From assembly GCA_041287365.1 (NCBI GenBank), contig JBEULL010000020.1:3426-67425 (forward strand): a DNA stretch of 64,000 nucleotides, written 5' to 3'. Positions within the stretch are counted from its first letter, which is position 1. The number at the start of each line of letters is the position of its first letter. This DNA is from Dissulfuribacterales bacterium. GTDB taxonomy: Bacteria; Desulfobacterota; Dissulfuribacteria; Dissulfuribacterales; DYLC01. The notes under the pieces are model-generated. The model saw only the letters and a list, made by a program, of their open reading frames with translations. It ran no database searches and was not told where the DNA came from. Shown in pieces: positions 10,017-23,347 of this stretch. The position numbers and the translations under genes are program-made.

Positions 10017-11015
10017 TCATTCAGACACCATTCTACTCAATTTATTCAGGCTTTCACTGGAGCCCAGGGCAACTATCAAGTCACCTGACTGAAAGACATA
10101 ATCTGGATGCACACTGGACATCACTGCATCGGTCTTGCGCTTGACTACCAGCAGCGTGGCGCCGGTCCGTTCCCTTATACCGATTTCCTTCATGGTTTTA
10201 CCCACCAGAACGGATGAGTCTTCGATCTCATACTGTTCCACAGAGAGATCGAAATCCGCACAGTGCACCGCCAGGTCCAGAAACTCTATGACAGTCGGCT
10301 TGAGAATCGCCATTCCCATACGCCTTGCACCTATTTCATAAGGAGAAATGACCTTGTTGGCGCCGGCCTGATATATACGCCGTTCCGCCCTGCGGTCACT
10401 GGCCCTGGCCACTATAAAAACCGAAGGATTCAACAAACGGGCCGTAAGGGTAATATAAACATTGTCTGCATCCGATTGAAGCACACATACAATACCTCGA
10501 GCCTTGGATATGGCGGCACTCTGCAACACCTCCTCACTAGTGGCATCCCCTGCTATGACAAGATAACCAACTTCCTCCAGCTCTGTAATCACGGTGGGAT
10601 TGGATTCTATCACAACGGCAGGAATACCCTCGCGAACCAACATCTCCAGAATGGTTTTGCCGATCCTACCGCAGCCGCATACAATGAAGTGATTTTCCAA
10701 TTTTGAAATGGCCTTTTTCATCCTTCTTTGATGAAATATATCTTTTATTCTGCCCTCTACAGCAGCCTCGGTCAACACATTTATAGAATAGGCGAAAAAA
10801 CCCACGCCCATTACTATAATGAATATGGTAAACACCCTGCCTGCATCTGACAGAGGTTTCAACTCACCATAACCTACGGTGGCCACGGTTATAACCGTCA
10901 TATAAAGGGCTTCCAGCGGACGCCAGCCCTCTATAAAGATATAACCGAAGGTACCCACGGACAACAGCGTGAACAGCATTAAAAAAATCAAAAACAGCTT
11001 GCGATTGGTCTCCAT
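10017..11015 (-). CDS. potassium channel protein with TrkA-N/TrkA-C (RCK) domains
   Basis: Selectivity filter TVGYG, IVCGCGRIG Rossmann fold, GDAT, C-terminal TrkA-C. Confidence 0.93.
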   Translation of the reverse strand: METNRKLFLIFLMLFTLLSVGTFGYIFIEGWRPLEALYMTVITVATVGYGELKPLSDAGRVFTIFIIVMGVGFFAYSINVLTEAAVEGRIKDIFHQRRMKKAISKLENHFIVCGCGRIGKTILEMLVREGIPAVVIESNPTVITELEEVGYLVIAGDATSEEVLQSAAISKARGIVCVLQSDADNVYITLTARLLNPSVFIVARASDRRAERRIYQAGANKVISPYEIGARRMGMAILKPTVIEFLDLAVHCADFDLSVEQYEIEDSSVLVGKTMKEIGIRERTGATLLVVKRKTDAVMSSVHPDYVFQSGDLIVALGSSESLNKLSRMVSE

Positions 11016-11034
11016 GAAACCGCCCTGCGGGCTA

Positions 11035-12720
11035 CTACAAGCGCGCCGCCCTCAAAAACACCTTACTGAAACTTCTCAGACCCATTCTGTAATCCGCCGG
11101 CAGATGGATATGGATTACCCTTTTCCCCACACTCGAAAGGGCCTGAAAATCCCCAACCGCCTGTGCAAACTGAATATGCCAGAAAGATGCATCGAAACCA
11201 GGCACAACTGGATATTCAGCCTCTTTTTGTCGAGTGAAAACAATGAAGGCCGAGCTCATAGGACCACCCTTGTGCACCTGGCCTGTGGAATGGAGATAGC
11301 GGGGCCCGTAACCGAAGGTGGTGGCAAATCCACGCTCCTGTCGAATAAAATGTCGCATCTCTGAAATTATCTCATCAACCTCGGAATCATACGGCAGATA
11401 AGCCAAAAAACCCATATAACCCCACGAAGGCAGGACCAGGAAGGTATCCCGCAGGGCGCGAGAAAGCCCCTTCATGGATGCAGCAAGCATCTCGGATGTC
11501 CTGAAATTGAACTGACTCGTCGGGTCCACCCAGAACTCCATATTGAATTTACCGTTTTTCACATACTCACTCAACACCTCGGAGGTTTTTTGTTTGGCCG
11601 ACAGGACATTGGGTTCATCGAACGGATTGATTCCAAGGAAATGACCCGTCAAGGCCACCGCCATCTCCCAGAGAAAAAACATGCCGAACACATCCATCGG
11701 ATTCTGCAATTGCAGCATATATACAGGAAAATCAGCACGTCTCAGCTCATCCATAAAACCGTCAAGGCTGTCCTCGACAGGGGTGTCCATCATCCTGAAA
11801 TATACAAACATGCGCTCAGCGCCATAAAAACCGGGTATGCCGGTGGTTTCACCGATTATCGGCACAAGACCCACTGTTTCCTTGCCGGTACTTTCAGCTA
11901 CAAGTTGCTCCAGCCACAACCCGAGACTGCGTACAGGCGCGTCAAAAAACAGTGTCAGTTTATCCTTGTTCTGCACGCCATATTCGGAAAGAAATGTTGC
12001 AAGTCTGGCGGCAGGGTTTTGATCCCAATCCAGCACTCTGCATTGCGCAATGGTGGCTTCGGCGATCGATACAGCCTGGTCCAGAGGTATTCCGATAATC
12101 GCGGCGGCAACCAGCCCGAACACAGAAAGCGCCGAATATCTGCCACCAACTCCTGATTCACCCCTGAATGTGTGAAAGAACTTGTGCTCCGATGCGAACT
12201 TATCGAGAGTGGTGCCGGAATCCGTAATGGCCGCAAAAAAATCACCGGCATTGTTTTGGCCGTAGAGCTCCACCATCTTTTGCCAGAAAAAAGCCAGATG
12301 TGCACGGGTTTCAAGGGTTGTGCCTGATTTACTGGCCACCACAAAAAAGGTTTTTTTTGACGATAGCTCATCGGAATATCGCTGCACCACCATTGGATCG
12401 GTGGTATCTAGCACACAGAGCTCCGGATAACCATCCTGCACGCCGAATATATCGACCAACACCTGTGCGCAAAGGCTTGACCCCCCCATGCCCATCCACA
12501 CAACCCGTTTTACACCATTGGAACGTAATTTGGTTGCAAAATCAGTCAATTCTTTTAGAGTTGGCTTGATTCTATCAAGACAATCCAGCCAGCCCAATCT
12601 ATTTCCAATGGATTCCTGAACCTTAGCATCTTTACTCCAAAGAGACGGGTCCTTGTTCCAAAAGCGCTGAAGTAGTTGTTTTTTTTTCGAAGCATCGATA
12701 TGAGATGGCTTATAAAACAT
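11035..12720 (-). CDS. pgi: glucose-6-phosphate isomerase (PGI/PMI type as in Tal-Pgi fusions, here standalone)
   Basis: RLGWL, GMGGSSL, SKSGTTLET, VGGRYSALS, EQLVAESTGK, NPFDEPNV, GPRYLHSTGQ. Confidence 0.85.
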   Translation of the reverse strand: MFYKPSHIDASKKKQLLQRFWNKDPSLWSKDAKVQESIGNRLGWLDCLDRIKPTLKELTDFATKLRSNGVKRVVWMGMGGSSLCAQVLVDIFGVQDGYPELCVLDTTDPMVVQRYSDELSSKKTFFVVASKSGTTLETRAHLAFFWQKMVELYGQNNAGDFFAAITDSGTTLDKFASEHKFFHTFRGESGVGGRYSALSVFGLVAAAIIGIPLDQAVSIAEATIAQCRVLDWDQNPAARLATFLSEYGVQNKDKLTLFFDAPVRSLGLWLEQLVAESTGKETVGLVPIIGETTGIPGFYGAERMFVYFRMMDTPVEDSLDGFMDELRRADFPVYMLQLQNPMDVFGMFFLWEMAVALTGHFLGINPFDEPNVLSAKQKTSEVLSEYVKNGKFNMEFWVDPTSQFNFRTSEMLAASMKGLSRALRDTFLVLPSWGYMGFLAYLPYDSEVDEIISEMRHFIRQERGFATTFGYGPRYLHSTGQVHKGGPMSSAFIVFTRQKEAEYPVVPGFDASFWHIQFAQAVGDFQALSSVGKRVIHIHLPADYRMGLRSFSKVFLRAARL

Positions 12721-12901
12721 GAAAACCCTCCTTAAAAATTTTATATTATAAATAGTAAATTATTCATTTTGAAATAATATTCTAAAAATACGCCAAACCA
12801 TCTAATTTAGCAAAGATATTTTCTGAGGTTCTCTGAACTGTCAAATACTCCTTGAAACCATGCAATAAAAATAATGCTACAAAAAGACAATCTCTGGATT
12901 T

Positions 12902-12972
12902 TTGTGGTGTGAAAGATTATATTCCATTTAGTTCAATACCGGATTGGAAACAATCCGTTTACAGCACCACAA
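12902..12972 (+). ncRNA. candidate structured 5' leader RNA
   Basis: TTGTGGTG (12902-12909) pairs with CACCACAA (12965-12972) and encloses hairpin CGGATTG-GAAA-CAATCCG; ends 22 nt before ATG 12995. Confidence 0.4.
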
Positions 12973-12994
12973 TGAGCCCACATAAGGAGCCCGC

Positions 12995-13291
12995 ATGGTA
13001 ATAACACCAAAAACACGGTCACGAAAGGAAGGAACACGTTTCTTCAAATGCCCAAGACCTGTTCCGGCGGTCAATAACCGCATAATCTGTCCCAAATGCG
13101 GCAATGATCGCTATTTTCATGAAATAGCGGAAGATGTCACCATCACTACTCAATACATACAGAATGCAGATGGGAGCTTCACTCCTCAAAGCGACGAATC
13201 CAATATCATGGGCGAAATAAAATTGTTTTGTTCCAAATGTCAGACCGATTTGACGGAATTTCATACACAATTTGTAGAAATGCTTTTTTAA
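12995..13291 (+). CDS. zinc-ribbon hypothetical protein
   Basis: CPKC...CSKC pairs; RBS AAGGAG. Confidence 0.8.
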   Translation: MVITPKTRSRKEGTRFFKCPRPVPAVNNRIICPKCGNDRYFHEIAEDVTITTQYIQNADGSFTPQSDESNIMGEIKLFCSKCQTDLTEFHTQFVEMLF

Positions 13292-13296
13292 TACAT

Positions 13297-14079
13297 ATGT
13301 ACAATATAATCAGAACAAATAAGGAATTCAGAATAAAATTTCATGAATTGGATTCCTCATACGTCATAATAGGCTGCCTGAATATAAAACCTTCTGAAGA
13401 ATATATTTTTACTGATTTATTATCAAGAGGCGTTGTTTTGTTTCCATCAGCACTGGCGCAACAACTGACCCGCTCAAAATGTTTTCAGGCTGCTGTCTTC
13501 ACAAAATACATGGCGCCATCAACAATCGTAATAAGAGACAAAAGCGATATACTTTCCGCAATAACACATTATAATTCACTGAAAATAAACAATGTCATAA
13601 CAAAACAAGACAGGGCAAATTGTGGTCTTGGAATAAATTTATGGCAATCAATCGAGGACATTTACAACAATGTTTCTTTTGGACATATTAACTTTCCATT
13701 TGTTTTACAGCCATTCATAAAAGACGTACTTGATGTAAGAATAATTATTTTAGGCAATTATTTAGAAGCCTATTGGAGAAAAAACGACAATAATATAAGA
13801 AACAATATTTCAAGGGGTGGGAATAGTGGAATATATCATTTATCTGAAAACGAGTTGCTGTTATGTAAAGAAATAATGCAAAGAGGTCAATTTCCCTATG
13901 CCCATATCGACTTGATGATTACGCCCGAAAACGAGATATTCTTTTCGGAAATAGCACTAAGAGGCGGCATAAAAGGGGCCCAAATATCTCCGGCCGATTA
14001 TGTAAGACAAGTCAAAAAACTTGAAGATTTATTCATCGAATCTTACAATAAGGCGTCTATATCCACAAATAACATATAA
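13297..14079 (+). CDS. RimK-like ATP-grasp protein
   Basis: KQDRANCGLGI, FVLQPF, DVRIIILG, RNNISRGG, YAHIDLM, FFSEI; ATG at 13297 just after the upstream stop. Confidence 0.85.
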   Translation: MYNIIRTNKEFRIKFHELDSSYVIIGCLNIKPSEEYIFTDLLSRGVVLFPSALAQQLTRSKCFQAAVFTKYMAPSTIVIRDKSDILSAITHYNSLKINNVITKQDRANCGLGINLWQSIEDIYNNVSFGHINFPFVLQPFIKDVLDVRIIILGNYLEAYWRKNDNNIRNNISRGGNSGIYHLSENELLLCKEIMQRGQFPYAHIDLMITPENEIFFSEIALRGGIKGAQISPADYVRQVKKLEDLFIESYNKASISTNNI

Positions 14080-14099
14080 TTTAAAACAAAATGAACAGG

Positions 14100-17592
<3,493 letters not shown>

Positions 17593-18738
17593 TTATACTA
17601 TAATTGGCATAAATATACTTAAAAAACCTTCATCATCTGAGCCAGTTATTAAACATGGACTTTTTGAGTTATTGATTTTTAATTTAATATTTTTTGATTT
17701 CATAACAGATAATATATTCAATACAAATTTTCCATTGAATACTATTTCTATAAAATCAGCATGTTCTGTATTTATTGGTATTGTTTCTTTTGCTCTTGCT
17801 GTTTCATTTTCTAATGTTTCAAGTTCAATAATATTTTTATTTGTTTTCATTTTTATTGAATCATAAACATCAGTTGTCAATATTGTTAATCTTTTTAATG
17901 TGTTTATAAATTTCAATCTATCAATTTCTATTGAATTACCTTCATTTTTTGGAATTATCGATCTATATGGCGGAAATTTATCATCTATCAATCTTATTGT
18001 AATGTTTTCTTTTTCTGTTAATATAAAAAGAAATTTATCTTGCATGAATAAATTTATAGATTCATATCTATCAAGTATCTTTTTTAATTCAATTGCTCCT
18101 TTTTTAGGAATTATAATTGGTTTTTCTAATTCGAAATCGGTATCTATAGTTTTATCTATTAAATTCATTCGTAAACTATCTGAGCTTACCATTCTTATTT
18201 TTTTTAAATTATCTTCTCTTATTGTTTCAAAATTTATTCCTGTTAGACTTATTTTTGTTTTTACATCATCCGATGCCACTGAAAATATAGTTTTATCTAT
18301 CATATCTTTCAATAAAGAAGATGATACTGAAAGATATTTTCCATCTACAGCTGTTATAAATCTCGGAAATTCTTCAGCAGGAAGTCCGGCTATTTCATAC
18401 TCCATCTCTGAATTTTCCTCTTCTTTGTTTTTATCAGATTTTATTTTTATCCAGAAATTATCCTTTTCTTCTATCGTAATATTTTGAAATGGTAGCTCTT
18501 TTGTTAATTCATATATTTTTTTGGGATCCAATAAAATGGAACCTTCTTCGATTATATCGCAACAAATTTTGGTTTGATAACTTATTTCAAGATCTGTTGC
18601 TTCTACAATTAACTTTCCATTATTGGTATATAAAATTATATTTTTCAAAATAGACATCGTTGTTTTTTTATCTATAAAATTTTGAGCATAAAATAGGGCT
18701 TCCAATAAATCCGTTCTTTTTACATTTAATTTAATCAT
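17593..18738 (-). CDS. dnaN: DNA polymerase III beta sliding clamp
   Basis: ATDLEI, AEEFP, IIPKKG..EL, RLIDDKFPPY, C-terminal IFMP; RBS AAGGAG; upstream of gyrB. Confidence 0.95.
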   Translation of the reverse strand: MIKLNVKRTDLLEALFYAQNFIDKKTTMSILKNIILYTNNGKLIVEATDLEISYQTKICCDIIEEGSILLDPKKIYELTKELPFQNITIEEKDNFWIKIKSDKNKEEENSEMEYEIAGLPAEEFPRFITAVDGKYLSVSSSLLKDMIDKTIFSVASDDVKTKISLTGINFETIREDNLKKIRMVSSDSLRMNLIDKTIDTDFELEKPIIIPKKGAIELKKILDRYESINLFMQDKFLFILTEKENITIRLIDDKFPPYRSIIPKNEGNSIEIDRLKFINTLKRLTILTTDVYDSIKMKTNKNIIELETLENETARAKETIPINTEHADFIEIVFNGKFVLNILSVMKSKNIKLKINNSKSPCLITGSDDEGFLSIFMPIIV

Positions 18739-19002
18739 TTAAATATCTCCTTATTAGATAAATAAAACAAGCCTTGTCAGTTTTGTTGAAAAATAGCTAA
18801 CTACTTTATTTTTAAATAGAAAAATGCAACATATTAAAAACATATACCGACTGTTTTGTGTTCATGTCCAAAAAATAAAATTGTTCGGAGCTGCTAAAGA
18901 GATATTTTTGACATGAAATTAACAATACGATATAATCATTTTTAACAGGTTATCATTTGAAGACCTTTCATTTTTCCAAATATAAAAATATAACATAATT
19001 TC
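18739..19002. other. putative replication origin (oriC) region
   Basis: Very AT-rich divergent intergenic region upstream of dnaN; + strand changes from C/A-rich to G/T-rich across it; parS and parAB nearby; only degenerate DnaA-box-like words (TGTTGAAAA, TTTTTAACA). Confidence 0.55.
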
Positions 19003-20130
19003 ATGAAAATATCAGCGCTTAAAGAAAAAATACTGTCACAGATTCGATCGGCAGCTCCTATGACCTTTTATGATTTCATGAAATTATGCCTGTATGATAA
19101 GGAATTCGGCTATTATACAAAACCTGACAGGATAGGAATCAAAGGTGACTATATCACAAGCTCGCATTGTTCACCGCTTTTTTCAAGATTGATTGCCAAT
19201 CAGCTCATAGAGTTATGGGAGCTTCTTGGAGAAAATGATTTTTTTCTGGTCGAAATGGGTGCAGGAGCCGGTTTTTCGGCCATGGATATACTTGATTATC
19301 TCAAAAAACATCCTGTTTATGAAAAAATCACCTACGTCATCATGGAACAAAATCCGGCTGCAAAAGCGCTTCATAAAAAATTACTGTCGGATTTTTCCAA
19401 TAAAATTATATGGATCGATTCCTTGAAGGAACTTGGGTCATTTAATGGATGTGTCTTTTCCAATGAACTCCTGGACGCATTTCCTGTGCATGTAATACAG
19501 AAAGATTTCGACGCATTTCATGAAATTTATGTCGATGCTGATGGAGAAGATTTGATAGAAAGGATAGGGCCTTTGAGTTCCGATATATTAAAGGATTATG
19601 TTGCAAATAAAATTCCTCAAGACCTTCCAAACGGCTATAGAACTGATGTAAATCTCGATATTCAACCATGGCTTTTAAGTATATTTGAAACTATGGTAAA
19701 GGGATTTATATTGACAATAGATTATGGACATACGGCAAGGGAATTTTTTGACCCTATCAGAAACAGGGGTACCTTGATGTGTTATAAGGCCCATAGAATC
19801 TCCGATGATATTTTTGCCTTTCCAGGAGAACAGGATATAACTACACATGTAAATTTTTCTGACTTGCACAATATAGGGTTGGAACTCGGCTTTTGCACCG
19901 TGGGTTATGCTCAACAGTGGGCATTTTTGGGTGGCTTAGATTTTGAGAAGACCTTAAAAGAGAAATATCCCAACATCACTCCGTTTTCTCAGGAGATGGC
20001 TGGCGTAAAGATGTTGATTTTTCCTCAAGGTATGGGTTCAAGCCACAAGGTCATGCTTCAGGCAAAAAATGTTGAGATTAACAGGAAAATAAAAGGGTTT
20101 TCTTTGCAGAACAAAATAGATAGGTTATGA
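19003..20130 (+). CDS. MidA/NDUFAF7-family SAM-dependent methyltransferase
   Basis: FM...LY....GYY, GDYITS, VEMGAG, SNELLDAFPV, IDYG, PGEQDITTHVNF. Confidence 0.93.
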   Translation: MKISALKEKILSQIRSAAPMTFYDFMKLCLYDKEFGYYTKPDRIGIKGDYITSSHCSPLFSRLIANQLIELWELLGENDFFLVEMGAGAGFSAMDILDYLKKHPVYEKITYVIMEQNPAAKALHKKLLSDFSNKIIWIDSLKELGSFNGCVFSNELLDAFPVHVIQKDFDAFHEIYVDADGEDLIERIGPLSSDILKDYVANKIPQDLPNGYRTDVNLDIQPWLLSIFETMVKGFILTIDYGHTAREFFDPIRNRGTLMCYKAHRISDDIFAFPGEQDITTHVNFSDLHNIGLELGFCTVGYAQQWAFLGGLDFEKTLKEKYPNITPFSQEMAGVKMLIFPQGMGSSHKVMLQAKNVEINRKIKGFSLQNKIDRL

Positions 20131-20762
20131 AATATAAAGTTGCTGTCTTTGATTGCGATGGTGTTCTGATAAATTCCGAGATATCAAACAGGTTATATTA
20201 TAATGAACTATTAAAAAGGGTTGGGCGATCTTTATTGACCGATGAGGAGTTTTCTTTCGTACATGCCCATACAGCCGAGGAATCTGTGGAATATCTTTTC
20301 AGAGAAGAACTTGAACTGTCTTCCGCATGGAGAGATATGGCCATGATCGAGATGAAGAAACTTTCCTATAACGACTATCTCGATTTACTGGAATTGGAAC
20401 CTGGTGTCAGAGAGGTATTGCTTGACATTAGACCTCCTTTGAAAACAGCTATTTTTACCAATCGCACCACCACCATGCCAAGAATCACCGAACGCTTTAT
20501 GTTTGATACCTTATTTGACTGTATTAAAACAGCGCTGGATGTAAAAAGACCTAAACCGGACCCTGGCGGGTTGATCGAGATAATGGATCTTTTTTGTGCA
20601 ACTCCGAATGAACTGGTTTATGTGGGTGATACCAGGGTTGATGAATTAGTTGCAAGAGCGGCTGGTGTTGATTTTATTGCCTATAAAAACAAGGAGTTAA
20701 ATGCAATGTTTCACGTGAAACATTTTAGTGAAATAGGTTATTTTTTAAAAAAGGATGAATAG
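20127..20762 (+). CDS. HAD-family hydrolase
   Basis: FDCDGVL, TNR, KPDP and YVGD motifs. Confidence 0.92.
   Translation: MKYKVAVFDCDGVLINSEISNRLYYNELLKRVGRSLLTDEEFSFVHAHTAEESVEYLFREELELSSAWRDMAMIEMKKLSYNDYLDLLELEPGVREVLLDIRPPLKTAIFTNRTTTMPRITERFMFDTLFDCIKTALDVKRPKPDPGGLIEIMDLFCATPNELVYVGDTRVDELVARAAGVDFIAYKNKELNAMFHVKHFSEIGYFLKKDE
20707..20722. promoter_or_regulatory. parS centromere site
   Basis: Perfect 16-bp palindrome TGTTTCACGTGAAACA, matching the parS consensus. Confidence 0.92.
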
Positions 20763-20764
20763 TT

Positions 20765-21520
20765 TTGCGTTGTGATTCACATAAGTTGAAAAAATTGTTG
20801 AAAGCCATGCTTTCCTTGTGCCCCGATGTCTATGGACTTGTATTGAATGACGATGGCTGGATTTCAATAAAGGAATTACATCGTGCTGTTGTGTGTGAAG
20901 ACTCTTTTAATTATATTACGCCCGCCTTTTTAATGCAGTTTTTTTTGATAAACAACCAACAGTATGAAGTGAATGGTTGTATGGTAAGGCGAAGAGATGT
21001 CTCTCCTGTTTTGCCCTTGCTGGTTGAATCGCCGCCGAATGTACTTTATATTGCTGTCTCGTCGAGGAGTTATGATGCTGTCAAGAAAAACGGTCTCAAG
21101 GGTGTAGCCGGCAGGGTTGTGTTGTTTGTCACTTCGGAGCTTGCTATATCTGTTGTTAAGCGGAGGTTTTCATCTTATGTGTTGTTGAAGATAAAAACAG
21201 ATAAGGCGATGAGTTTGGGTTGCCGTTTTTGTTTGTATGGCGAATCGATATATATTTCCGATCACATTCCTTCGAACGCCATTGTTTTTCCGCTGTTGTC
21301 AACAACCAATAAAGGGGATAGGATGGTTGTGCATCGAAAACCTGCGGCGTCTGAGGAAAAAAGTAAAAAAGATGACCGTGCAGCAAATGAGGCAGGTGGA
21401 TTTTTTTTGAATGTCACCCATATTGATAATTTGAAACCGGTTAGAAAGCGTGGTGTTGGTGACGCTAAGCGCGACCCTGATTGGAAGATTGCGAGAAGAA
21501 ACAGCCGCAGGGGTGGGTAG
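20765..21520 (+). CDS. KptA/Tpt1 (RNA 2'-phosphotransferase)-like protein, catalytic motifs degenerate
   Basis: P..YGLVLNDDGWISIKEL N-domain; PPNVLY, A..V.KR, LLKI...KA...G..F, YISDHIP. Confidence 0.7.
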   Translation: MRCDSHKLKKLLKAMLSLCPDVYGLVLNDDGWISIKELHRAVVCEDSFNYITPAFLMQFFLINNQQYEVNGCMVRRRDVSPVLPLLVESPPNVLYIAVSSRSYDAVKKNGLKGVAGRVVLFVTSELAISVVKRRFSSYVLLKIKTDKAMSLGCRFCLYGESIYISDHIPSNAIVFPLLSTTNKGDRMVVHRKPAASEEKSKKDDRAANEAGGFFLNVTHIDNLKPVRKRGVGDAKRDPDWKIARRNSRRGG

Positions 21521-21545
21521 TTTTTGAAATTGATTGATTCTATGT

Positions 21546-21621
21546 GGGCAATTAGCTCAGTGGATAGAGTGTTGGCCTCCGGAGCCAAAGGTCGTGGGTT
21601 CGAATCCCGCATTGCCCGCCA
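21546..21621 (+). tRNA. tRNA-Arg(CCG)
   Basis: Acceptor GGGCAAT/ATTGCCC, D arm TAGCTCAGTGGATAGAG, anticodon arm TTGGC-CTCCGGA-GCCAA, GGTTCGAATCC, CCA end. Confidence 0.97.
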
Positions 21622-21658
21622 TTTTTTAGTGATTTAACCTTCGTTCAAGGGGAACCTT

Positions 21659-23347
21659 ATGCATCAATTATTGAAAACCGGGCCTACCACTATGTTGTTG
21701 TTGGGGAATGAGGCCATTGTAAGGGGGGCTCTGGAAGCTGGTGTTCGTGTGACTGCATCGTATCCTGGAACACCGTCATCAGAGATAGGCAATAATCTCT
21801 TTCAGATTCATTCGGAGGCCCCCGATCTTTTGTATTTTGAATTTTCCGTAAATGAAAAGGTGGCAATGGAGGTGGCGGCGGCAGCCGCAGCCGCAGGTGT
21901 CCGAAGTCTCACGTGTATGAAGCATGTGGGAATGAATGTGGCATCCGATGCAATGATGAGTCTTGCATATGTGGGGGTGCGGGCTGGAATGGTGATTGTT
22001 TGTGCGGACGACCCCTCCATACATTCCAGCCAAAACGAACAGGACAACAGATTTTATGGAAAGATGTCTTTTTTACCCATTTTGGAGCCGGCTTCACCTC
22101 AAGAGATGATGGATTTGACCAAAAAGGCGTTTGAGCTCTCCGAGGCCTTGGAGCTTCCGGTTATTCTGCGGACCACCACTCGTACGGCCCATGTGAGAGG
22201 CCCTGTGCAGCTTGGCAGTCTGCCTGAAGCTAAAAAGGAGTCTGGTAGATTTCAGAAAGATGCGAAGCGCTGGGTTCTAGTGCCAGGAACCGCCAGGTTG
22301 AGACGAAAGGTCTTGTTGGAAAGGTTTGAACAGGCCATGTCTATCAGTGACGGTTTTGACCTGAACGAGATAACTGGAAGCGGAGATATGGGGATTGTGG
22401 CCTCTGGTGTATCCCGTGGATATGTAATGGATGCCATCGATGATCTGGGTTGCAAGAATCAGATCTCCTGCCTTTTCCTTGTGATGACACATCCTCTGCC
22501 GGAAAAGACCATAGCGGATTTTGTAGTAAACAAGAAGGCAATCCTGGTGGTGGAGGAGCTGGAGCCGTTTTTGGAAGAAGGTATTCGAGCTGTTTTACAA
22601 CGGATGGGCGTTTCAACCCCTGTATATGGCAAGAATGGTGAGTATTTCTCGCGCATGTCGGAGTTCAATCCAGCTCTGGTGAGGGGTGCTATAGCGCGTT
22701 TTCTTGGCTGTGCCGATGTTCGTGTAGAGCCGTTGGCTGTTTCGAATATGCCGCCCCTTCCCATCAGGCCGCCTTCGTTGTGCAAGGGGTGTCCTCATAC
22801 AGAGACCTACAACATTATAAAAGAGACAGTGATTGGTATGGGGTTTGAGGAGAACGTGCTCTATCCCACTGATATCGGCTGTTATACTCTTGGAGTCATG
22901 CCGCCCATTCAAATGGCGGATTATTTGATTTGTATGGGCTCCAGTGTGGGGAGTTCCGCCGGTTTTTCGGTGTCAACAACCCAAAAGGTCATATCTTTCA
23001 TAGGGGATTCCACATTTTTTCATTCAGGGGTGTCTTCTCTGATAAACGCCGTGCACCAGGGTCATCATTTTTGTCTCGTGATTCTGGACAACTCCACCAC
23101 CGCAATGACCGGACATCAGCCCAACCCTGGAATTCAATATGTGCCGCCTGAATATAAAAAGACTCGCGTAACCATTGAACAGGTGGTGAGGGGTTGTGGC
23201 GTTCGGAATGTATTCAAGATAAATCCATATAAAAAAGACGAGGCCCTTCCTGTTGTAAGGCAGGCCCTTTCCCTGAATGATTTGGTAGTGATCATATCCG
23301 AGGCCCCCTGTGTCCTGTATGCCAAAAAGGTAGGAGGAAGAAGATGA
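21659..23347 (+). CDS. iorA: indolepyruvate ferredoxin oxidoreductase alpha subunit
   Basis: LLGNEAIVRG, YPGTPSSEI, NEKVAME, MKHVG, SSQNEQD, CKGCPH, DIGCY, IGDSTFFHSG, TTAMTGHQ. Confidence 0.95.
   Translation: MHQLLKTGPTTMLLLGNEAIVRGALEAGVRVTASYPGTPSSEIGNNLFQIHSEAPDLLYFEFSVNEKVAMEVAAAAAAAGVRSLTCMKHVGMNVASDAMMSLAYVGVRAGMVIVCADDPSIHSSQNEQDNRFYGKMSFLPILEPASPQEMMDLTKKAFELSEALELPVILRTTTRTAHVRGPVQLGSLPEAKKESGRFQKDAKRWVLVPGTARLRRKVLLERFEQAMSISDGFDLNEITGSGDMGIVASGVSRGYVMDAIDDLGCKNQISCLFLVMTHPLPEKTIADFVVNKKAILVVEELEPFLEEGIRAVLQRMGVSTPVYGKNGEYFSRMSEFNPALVRGAIARFLGCADVRVEPLAVSNMPPLPIRPPSLCKGCPHTETYNIIKETVIGMGFEENVLYPTDIGCYTLGVMPPIQMADYLICMGSSVGSSAGFSVSTTQKVISFIGDSTFFHSGVSSLINAVHQGHHFCLVILDNSTTAMTGHQPNPGIQYVPPEYKKTRVTIEQVVRGCGVRNVFKINPYKKDEALPVVRQALSLNDLVVIISEAPCVLYAKKVGGRR

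Noticed and set aside
21546..21621. tRNA-Arg as an island integration site
   Set aside because: No duplicate of its 3' end seen, no adjacent integrase, and core genes on both sides.
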